Positions 1-5,436 of a stretch of 5,436 bases of DNA are shown here, in pieces. Within the stretch, counting starts at the first letter, position 1; each line of letters opens with the position of its first letter. The stretch spans positions 1 through 5,436 of the forward strand of contig JAHQXC010000078.1 in the NCBI GenBank assembly GCA_029856525.1, read 5' to 3'. Source of the stretch: Candidatus Odinarchaeia archaeon. GTDB lineage: Archaea; Asgardarchaeota; Odinarchaeia; Odinarchaeales; Odinarchaeaceae. The notes below the pieces were generated by a model, which was not told the DNA's origin, made no database searches, and saw only the letters and a list, made by a program, of their open reading frames with translations. The position numbers and the translations under genes were made by a program.

Positions 1-1209
1 GCCACACCCACCCTCTCAGCTGGATTAAACATGCCAGCTCGCAGAGTGATAATAAAGGATTATAGGAGATATGATATCGGATTAGGCTACACGCCTATCT
101 CAGTCCTAGAAATAAAGCAGATGGCGGGGAGAGCCGGTAGACCTAAATACGATGAAATAGGTGAAGCTGTTCTAATAGCCCACGATAAACGGGAATTCGA
201 GTTTTTAATGACGAATTACGTGTTCGGTGAACCGGAGAGAATATGGTCGAAACTAGCCACAGAACCGGCTCTAAGAACACACATCCTATCTTCGATAGCA
301 ACGAAGTTCACTGAAACATATGAAGAGTTAATAGACTTTTTAAAAGAGACTTTTTACGCTAAGCAATATAGTTATGAGATTATTAAAGGAGTCACTGAGA
401 AGATCATAAACTATCTTGCAGAGGAGGAGATGATCGTAATAAAGCAGAATACTTTTAAGCCGACTCTATTCGGTAAGAGAATCTCAGAATTATATATTGA
501 TCCTAAATCCGGGGAAATAATAAAAGACGCGTTATTCACCTCTCATAATAAGAATATCACGGAGTTCAGCTTTCTACATTTAATCGCGCACACACCGGAT
601 ATGGAGCCGCTTTACCTTAGAAGAAAAGACTATGAGGAGCTGGAGATAATCGCCGACGCGGTTAGAGATGAGATACTGGTGGAGATACCTGATAAATGGG
701 AGAACGTCTACGCTTACGAATTCTTTCTATCAGAGATTAAAACAGCCTCCCTTATTAACGACTGGATAAACGAAGAATCTGAAGAAAAGATAGAGGAGAA
801 ATACGATATAGGAGCAGGCGATCTTCAGAGAATCGTGGAAACAGCTGAGTGGCTTATCCACGCATGCTATGAGATAGCGAAACTCTTCAAATATGATTGG
901 ATGCTACCGAAGCTGTTAACTCTAGAAAAAAGAATCAGCAAAGGTGTTAAAGAAGAGCTTCTTGAATTAGCGAAATTAAAAGGAGTTGGAAGAGTGAGAG
1001 CGAGAGCTCTGTTTAACGCAGGTTATAAAACTATTATGGATTTGAAAAAAACAGAGATAAGTGAACTTGTTAAAATACCGTTAATAGGCCCAGGCGTCGC
1101 TAAAAAAATATTAGAGCAGATAGGAGGAGTAATCGATAGAGAAACATGGAGGAAGCTATCGACAGGCGATAGAGAAAAACAATTAAATTTAGAGAACTAT
1201 CGGGAGTGA
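1..1209 (+). CDS. hel308: Hel308/Hjm (Ski2-like SF2) DNA helicase, C-terminal part; 5' end lies outside the window
   Basis: Frame 1 is open from base 1 (ATPTLSAGLNMPARRVII, a motif V-like segment), so the ATG at 31 is internal. Motif VI QMAGRAGRP follows, then a winged-helix/ratchet-like region, and a C-terminal HhH region with the Hel308 RAR motif (LKGVGRVRARALFNAGY) and a second HhH (IPLIGPGVAKKI). Stop TGA at 1207-1209. Confidence 0.93.
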   Translation, partial: ATPTLSAGLNMPARRVIIKDYRRYDIGLGYTPISVLEIKQMAGRAGRPKYDEIGEAVLIAHDKREFEFLMTNYVFGEPERIWSKLATEPALRTHILSSIATKFTETYEELIDFLKETFYAKQYSYEIIKGVTEKIINYLAEEEMIVIKQNTFKPTLFGKRISELYIDPKSGEIIKDALFTSHNKNITEFSFLHLIAHTPDMEPLYLRRKDYEELEIIADAVRDEILVEIPDKWENVYAYEFFLSEIKTASLINDWINEESEEKIEEKYDIGAGDLQRIVETAEWLIHACYEIAKLFKYDWMLPKLLTLEKRISKGVKEELLELAKLKGVGRVRARALFNAGYKTIMDLKKTEISELVKIPLIGPGVAKKILEQIGGVIDRETWRKLSTGDREKQLNLENYRE

Positions 1210-1215
1210 AAACGG

Positions 1216-1246
1216 GAAAAATTTATCAACAAGCTTTTAATTAAAA
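1216..1246 (+). promoter_or_regulatory. Candidate archaeal BRE/TATA promoter for the aminotransferase
   Basis: Two candidates in the 66-nt gap: GAAAAA-TTTATC (1216-1227) and TTTTAATTA (1235-1243), about 30-55 nt upstream of ATG 1276. An SD-like GAGG lies at 1265-1268. Assigned from position and composition only. Confidence 0.4.
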
Positions 1247-1275
1247 ATGAGAAAGACTAAATAAGAGGCGTCTAT

Positions 1276-2430
1276 ATGGATGAAGACTTGTTAATGCTAC
1301 CTGGGCCTACAAATGTACCAGATGAAATTAGATTGGAAGAAGCTAAAAAAATGATAAACCATAGAGGGGAATTATTCCACAACCTCTATAAAGAAGTCCA
1401 AAACGGTTTAAAATATCTTTTTCAAACAGATAATCCGGTTTATATTCTCACATCATCCGGTACAGGTGCTGTTGAATGCGCAGCCAGCAATCTAGTTAAG
1501 AAAAATGATAAAATAGTGGTTCCAGTCAACGGAGAATTCGGAATAAGACTAGCGGATATATTCGAAGTATACGGTGCTAAAGTTATCAGGATACCGTTCG
1601 AGTGGGGGGAGGGAGTTGATCCTGCTATTGTTAAAGAAACACTTGAAAGAAACCCGGATACGGTTATGCTAGCCTTCGTATATAATGAAACATCTACAGG
1701 AGTTAGAAACAATGCTAAAGCTCTTGCCGAGATATGTAAAAAGCTAGGTGTACTAGTTTTATGCGATGCTATAAGTAATCTTGGAGGAGATGAATTATAC
1801 GCTGATAAATGGGGGCTAGATATAGTCGTCTCCGGAAGCCAGAAATGCATAGCATGCCCGCCAGGCCTAGCCTTTATAACGTTGAATGAAAAAGCCTGGA
1901 GAAAAGTAGAAGACAGTAAACCTCATATAAACTATTATTGGAACCTTGAGAAAATGAAGAAATTTCATGAAAAAAATGAGACACCGTTCACACCAGCTGT
2001 CTCACTATTCTTCGCCTTAAATAAAGCGCTTAAAATAATAGAGAAGGAAGGAATTGAAAAAAGAGTTCTAAGACATAAAGTGTGCTCAAAAGCTTTACGA
2101 GAAGGCGCGGTATCAATAGGGTTCAAATTATATCCCAGGAAAGAAGAGTACGCATCCTATACAGTAAACGCGTTTAACCTCCCCTCAAACGTAACTGATA
2201 GCGATGTTAAAAAATTTCTATTAGAAAAATACGGTATCGCAATATCAGGGGGTATTGGTCCTACTAAAGGTCAGATTATAAGAATAGGAACGATAGGAGA
2301 TATCAACCAAAAACAAGTTGAAAAAACTTTAACCGGATTAGAGGATTGCTTAATAACTAAAGGTTTAAATGTGAAAAGAAATACGGCTGTGGAGGCTGCT
2401 TCAAAAGTTTTTAAAGAAAATAAATATTAG
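1276..2430 (+). CDS. Class V PLP-dependent aminotransferase (alanine-glyoxylate / serine-pyruvate aminotransferase family), 384 aa
   Basis: N-terminal LMLPGP, HRG, SGTGAVE, YNETSTG, DAISNLGG, PLP-lysine motif SGSQKCIACPPGLAF (K190, 1843-1845), ETPFTP and C-terminal ISGG...IIRIGTIG. The substrate cannot be assigned from sequence. Confidence 0.9.
   Translation: MDEDLLMLPGPTNVPDEIRLEEAKKMINHRGELFHNLYKEVQNGLKYLFQTDNPVYILTSSGTGAVECAASNLVKKNDKIVVPVNGEFGIRLADIFEVYGAKVIRIPFEWGEGVDPAIVKETLERNPDTVMLAFVYNETSTGVRNNAKALAEICKKLGVLVLCDAISNLGGDELYADKWGLDIVVSGSQKCIACPPGLAFITLNEKAWRKVEDSKPHINYYWNLEKMKKFHEKNETPFTPAVSLFFALNKALKIIEKEGIEKRVLRHKVCSKALREGAVSIGFKLYPRKEEYASYTVNAFNLPSNVTDSDVKKFLLEKYGIAISGGIGPTKGQIIRIGTIGDINQKQVEKTLTGLEDCLITKGLNVKRNTAVEAASKVFKENKY
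2413..2426 (-). terminator. Probable U-rich terminator of the SRP RNA, embedded in the last codons of the convergent aminotransferase
   Basis: The minus strand reads UAUUUAUUUUCUUU starting about 8 nt after the predicted SRP RNA 3' end. Oligo-U tracts are the established archaeal termination signal. Function is inferred. Confidence 0.5.
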
Positions 2431-2433
2431 AAG

Positions 2434-2755
2434 TGCAGCAACGCCCCATTAAGTGGATGCCGTCTCTATAGGCCAGGGGCTGCCTACTCGCACTCAACCC
2501 CGCACCCTACCAACGCAGTGTGTTAGGGTTTAGGTTGCTCCTTCCCAGGCCTAGCCGGTTCACCCTACAAAGAATATAGCGCTCTTCCCTACAGAAGAGG
2601 CTTATCCACCACACGCCCGGTAGGACGGGGTTTCATAGTTGAATAAGCAGTCTTAACCTTTAGAGACGACACCGCCTTAATGGTTACTGTCCCTCGCATA
2701 ATGCCCATTTCGAGTTACAGGGCAGGGCAAACTCCCCGGACCTCCCGTTGCTGCA
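2434..2755 (-). ncRNA. ffs: Archaeal signal recognition particle RNA (7S RNA), about 322 nt
   Basis: Folded by hand on the minus strand. Helix 1 is a 10-bp terminal stem, UGCAGCAACG/CGUUGCUGCA (2755-2746 with 2443-2434). The Alu domain has UGUAA (2719-2715) and complementary loops UGCCC/GGGCA. Helix 5 is long (e.g. CCAUUAAG/CUUAAUGG, GUCGUCUCUA/UAGAGACGGC). Helix 6 is CUCUUCU-GUAG-GGAAGAG with a GNAR loop (2599-2582). Helix 8 is UAGG-CCU-GGGA-AGG-AGCA, the SRP54-binding motif (2553-2536). The region is visibly GC-richer than its flanks. Exact ends are uncertain by a few nt. Confidence 0.96.
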
Positions 2756-2764
2756 AGTATAAAA

Positions 2765-2790
2765 TAATAATTTCAAATTATTAAGTTTTA
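2765..2790 (-). promoter_or_regulatory. Candidate SRP RNA promoter overlapping the thiolase stop codon
   Basis: The minus strand reads AAAAC-TTAATAA (about 2789-2778), which puts a TATA-like box roughly 23-29 nt upstream of the predicted 5' end at 2755. It overlaps a perfect 9-1-9 palindrome at 2765-2783. Confidence 0.45.
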
Positions 2791-3737
2791 CGTGTACCAG
2801 CCCGTATTTCATCTAAAATCTTCAAAAGCTCACATTTCTTACATAATTCCTGGGCGGTTGGCTCCCCGCAGACGATACACGTGTTTAAATCTAATTCCCG
2901 TTCTAAACATGTGTAAACAGAGCGGAGCCTATCATTTATCCTTAGAATATTATATTTAACTTCAGGTCTGGTTAACTCCATTTTATTAAGAAACGCTCTA
3001 ACATCATTTCTAAAAGCATCCTGCGCGTAAGGGCAGGTTTGAGTATGCAAGGGAAGATTACTGAAATAAGCGTATAATATAATCTCCCGTTCAGGGATCT
3101 CGATTAAAGGCTTCACTCTTGGAATAAAACCTGCATGGATTTTTTCAAGCCGCGGACCTGTTCTAAGCGCTCTTATATAATCAGCTCTTAAAAAATTCAT
3201 TATCACCGTTTGAGCTTCATCATCTAAATTGTGAGCGGTTGCAAGTTTAGTTGCACCAACATCTTTAGCAGCGATATTCAAGGCGGCGCGCCTTAATATA
3301 CCGCAATATGAACACGGGGAGGATTCATCCAGTCCATGCTCTCTTAGAATCGAGATCACTTCGTCAAAATCATAGCCGAATAATTTTTTGAAAGAATAAA
3401 CTTTATGCGGGATTTTTAGTTTAGAAGCCACAGACTCAGCGAATTTAAGAGACTCTTCGCGATAATTTTTAATACCTTCATCAATAGTAACCGCTATAAG
3501 CTTGGTTTCATGAAAATGCCGCTCAAGTTTATTTAAAATTGTGAGAAGCGTTAGACTATCCTTACCACCTGAAACAGCGACGGCCACAATATCCGTCTCC
3601 TCTAAAAGAGAGTATTTATTAATAGTACGCTGAACTTTTCTCTCAACAGATTTTAAGAAACAGGACTTACATAGATATTCACCTGAGTATGGTCGGAAGG
3701 TCACAGCCTGGTTTCTACAATAAAAACATTTAGTCAT
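2781..3737 (-). CDS. ncsA: tRNA 2-thiouridine synthase of the Ncs6/Ctu1/TtuA family (PP-loop ATPase with Fe-S and zinc-finger cysteines), about 318 aa
   Basis: N-terminal Zn finger CFYC...CKSC, PP-loop SGGKDS (3572-3555), CSYCGILRR plus TCPY (the three putative [4Fe-4S] ligands), ATAHNLDD, PRVKPL and C-terminal Zn finger CIVC...CKKC. I prefer ATG 3737 over the track's GTG 3749 because AGGTG sits upstream as an SD and the GTG would abut the upstream stop. Target (U34 as for NcsA or U54 as for TtuA) is not resolvable, so the symbol is tentative. Confidence 0.9.
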   Translation of the reverse strand: MTKCFYCRNQAVTFRPYSGEYLCKSCFLKSVERKVQRTINKYSLLEETDIVAVAVSGGKDSLTLLTILNKLERHFHETKLIAVTIDEGIKNYREESLKFAESVASKLKIPHKVYSFKKLFGYDFDEVISILREHGLDESSPCSYCGILRRAALNIAAKDVGATKLATAHNLDDEAQTVIMNFLRADYIRALRTGPRLEKIHAGFIPRVKPLIEIPEREIILYAYFSNLPLHTQTCPYAQDAFRNDVRAFLNKMELTRPEVKYNILRINDRLRSVYTCLERELDLNTCIVCGEPTAQELCKKCELLKILDEIRAGTRKT

Positions 3738-3749
3738 CTTGATAAACAC

Positions 3750-4979
3750 CTAGAATAAAACTGGAAATATGATAAATGAGAAGAGTATATTAAGAGTTAG
3801 AATCATGGTTGAGAAAGCTCTTAAAATATATAATATAAGTTTTTTAACCGGTAGTTGGTGTCCAACTATATTAACATTTTTCTCTAATGGAATAAACCTG
3901 TCTAAAAGCGTGCTCACTATTTTATCACCGTCGAATACAGGGATAGGGAGTAAATTAAACACTCCGACGCTAAACGACACGACCCAAAGCCAGTTGAAAA
4001 CCTGATATAGATGATATGGGAACAATGGGCCAAGCCACTCCGCCCATGGTCTTGGAGGATAATATGGGAAAGCTGTTGTTAAAATAACACCGAGATACCC
4101 TTTACCAGGATTATTAGGGTTCTCACCTAATGTAATAGTGTAAACTCCTTTATCAGTGTAGAGGGTGACATTCATATATGGAGTTGTTAAATCCATGAAA
4201 TTTAGAAAATCACTTATATTATTAATAGGGTATATGTGAGAGCTCCCATTTATAGAGGCTCCTGTTAATATAAATGGAGGTGTGATATAAGCGGATATCG
4301 GGGAGCCGCTTACAGTCTCCTGAAAAATAACACCATGAGCAGGAGAGTATAGAGGGGAGATCACGATGTTAAAGATAGTTGTATTGATTAAAAGGAGACC
4401 TACCACAGCTAAACCTAAATTCGAAAAAGATCCGGCTGCGTAAACCATCAGCTTAGCTTTAGCACTACTCTCATTAAGTTTTCTATTATCCGGTTCTACG
4501 AAGGCTCCTGGAAAGAATATTGCAAAAAATACCCCTGCAGCTTTAACAGGAATATTATTAACGTGAGCGGCTATTCCGTGAGAGAGTTCATGAAATAAAA
4601 CAACTAGGAAAAGCGGTATTATCATATAAACTAAAGTTAAACCGGTTATAGTTATGCCTGGAACGATCGGGATTAGAGGGGAAGCTTCAGGGCTTTTATA
4701 AAAAAGGCTGATAAGATTACTAGTAAGAAAATATAAAGCGAAAACGATTATTATAAGGCTTACAGATGCACCCAGACTCCAAACAGCAAGCCAGGCGCGC
4801 GGGTATCTTCTAGCCACTTTCGCGATAAACCTATTAGCCCGCTTAGTCTTAAACATTAAAAGAAACGGTGAGATTTGAACCCCCCATCTTTCAACGTGAA
4901 ATAATCGGCCGATTAAAAATAAAATCAGCCAGAAAAACAATAGAATAATAAACGGGTTAGCTAAAACATCGTATATCAA
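3750..4979 (-). CDS. Site-2 protease (M50 intramembrane zinc metalloprotease) with a degenerate PDZ-like insert, 409 aa
   Basis: HELSH zinc motif (4592-4578), PGAFVEPD, AAGSFSN and NLLPIPVFDG (3956-3927, third Zn ligand Asp), with several long hydrophobic segments. A soluble insert at about residues 215-300 starts GVIFQETVSGSP and ends GYLGV. The TTG start is supported by SD TGAGGT (4993-4988) 8 nt upstream. Confidence 0.92.
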   Translation of the reverse strand: MIYDVLANPFIILLFFWLILFLIGRLFHVERWGVQISPFLLMFKTKRANRFIAKVARRYPRAWLAVWSLGASVSLIIIVFALYFLTSNLISLFYKSPEASPLIPIVPGITITGLTLVYMIIPLFLVVLFHELSHGIAAHVNNIPVKAAGVFFAIFFPGAFVEPDNRKLNESSAKAKLMVYAAGSFSNLGLAVVGLLLINTTIFNIVISPLYSPAHGVIFQETVSGSPISAYITPPFILTGASINGSSHIYPINNISDFLNFMDLTTPYMNVTLYTDKGVYTITLGENPNNPGKGYLGVILTTAFPYYPPRPWAEWLGPLFPYHLYQVFNWLWVVSFSVGVFNLLPIPVFDGDKIVSTLLDRFIPLEKNVNIVGHQLPVKKLILYILRAFSTMILTLNILFSFIIFPVLF

Positions 4980-4987
4980 TTTCTGAA

Positions 4988-5057
4988 ACCTCAGTGTTTA
5001 AATCAAATTATCGAATATAATTTTTAATCGATACATACACTAATAAAAATTTGAGGG
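4988..5057. promoter_or_regulatory. Divergent promoter region between the protease and cutA
   Basis: 84-nt intergenic gap. The minus strand has AAAAA-TTATATT (BRE/TATA-like, 5026-5015) and SD TGAGGT. The plus strand has TTTTTAAT (5021-5028) and SD-like GAGGG (5053-5057). A 25-bp imperfect palindrome lies at 5009-5033. Confidence 0.55.
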
Positions 5058-5063
5058 CTAGAA

Positions 5064-5384
5064 ATGTATATAATAGTTTTCGTGACAACCCCCAACCCAG
5101 TTGAAGCGGAGAACATATCTAAAAAAATAATTGAGAAAAAGCTTGCAGCATGCGTCAGCATAATACGTGATATAACATCTATTTATACATGGAAGAGTGG
5201 AATAGAACGGGCTAGTGAATGCCTCCTCATAATAAAAACTCTGGAAGAAAAATATAGTGAATTAGAGAAGACTATAATCGAAAACCACAGTTATGAAATA
5301 CCTGAAATTATAAGTGTGAAAGTCCACGCAGGCTCCGAGAAATACTTGAACTGGATATTTGAAAGCGTTAAAAAGGTAAATTAG
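5064..5384 (+). CDS. cutA: CutA1 divalent-cation tolerance protein (PII-like trimer), 106 aa
   Basis: Family motifs VFVTTP, EKKLAACV, SIYTWK, E-x-LLIIKT and HSYEIPEII. Typical length. SD-like GAGGG upstream. Confidence 0.93.
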   Translation: MYIIVFVTTPNPVEAENISKKIIEKKLAACVSIIRDITSIYTWKSGIERASECLLIIKTLEEKYSELEKTIIENHSYEIPEIISVKVHAGSEKYLNWIFESVKKVN

Positions 5385-5386
5385 CA

Positions 5387-5436
5387 ATGAGAGAGAAAAC
5401 AATTAAAATAGGAGATGACAGAGAGGTAGTTTACAC
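5387..5436 (+). CDS. Probable start of a downstream gene, truncated by the window edge; function unknown
   Basis: ATG 2 nt after the cutA stop opens MREKTIKIGDDREVVY with no stop before the end of the window. AAGGT at 5374-5378 could act as an SD. Only 16 codons are visible. Confidence 0.5.
   Translation, partial: MREKTIKIGDDREVVY

Noticed and set aside
31-33. ATG 31 as the start of the helicase
   Set aside because: The frame is open to base 1 and the upstream codons continue the helicase motif; the N-terminal RecA domain is outside the window.
1440-1850. 136-aa minus-strand ORF (MHFWLP...)
   Set aside because: It lies wholly antisense to the well-supported aminotransferase, is Ser/Leu/Thr-rich as expected of a shadow frame, and has no recognisable motif.
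1276-2430. Aminotransferase as a cysteine desulfurase supplying sulfur to the nearby thiolase
   Set aside because: It shares the class V fold but lacks the NifS/SufS catalytic Cys loop (SSGSAC or RxGHHC); the motifs match the alanine/serine-glyoxylate aminotransferase branch.
2591-2605. Plus-strand ACAGAAGAGGCTTAT resembling the RNase P RNA 3' conserved region
   Set aside because: The spacing is one base short of the consensus I recall, no matching 5' GAGGAAAGUCC element is present, and the sequence is explained as the reverse complement of SRP helix 6.
2434-2755. Terminal inverted repeats (2434-2443 and 2746-2755) as a MITE or IS end
   Set aside because: They are SRP helix 1; the interior folds as SRP RNA, no flanking direct repeat is evident and no transposase is present.
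3738-3749. GTG 3749 start for the thiolase (MFIK extension)
   Set aside because: It abuts the protease stop and overlaps the SD-like AGGTG; ATG 3737 gives a typical short lead into the first CxxC.
3769-4005. 78-aa plus-strand ORF (MINEKS...)
   Set aside because: It is antisense to the conserved protease C-terminus and has no motif; most likely a shadow ORF.
5415-5429. ATG 5415 preceded by AGGAG as a gene start
   Set aside because: It closes after four codons (MTER-stop); the frame from 5387 is the open one.
1-5436. CRISPR array, tRNA, C/D-box sRNA, intein, or recoding (frameshift, selenocysteine)
   Set aside because: By eye I found no spaced direct repeats, cloverleaf or paired C and D boxes in the short spacers, and all CDSs are uninterrupted with family-typical lengths. 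Dedicated scans (tRNAscan-SE, Infernal) were not run.

Overview
AT-rich archaeal housekeeping window. In order: the 3' part of a Hel308/Hjm SF2 DNA helicase (+, start outside the window), a class V PLP aminotransferase of the alanine/serine-glyoxylate type (+), an SRP (7S) RNA gene missed by the ORF track (-, about 2434-2755), an Ncs6/TtuA-family tRNA 2-thiolase (-), an M50 site-2 protease with a degenerate PDZ-like insert (-), a divergent cutA (+) and the start of another probable ORF at the right edge. I see no mobile element, CRISPR array or defence system, and no clearly new biological system. The best leads are the co-oriented, tightly packed S2P-thiolase-SRP RNA block, two palindromes lying on candidate promoters (5009-5033 and 2765-2783), the SREBP-S2P-like character of the protease, the 3-nt convergent junction between the aminotransferase and SRP RNA, and a PIP-box-like tail on Hel308. 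The lineage cannot be fixed from this window alone.
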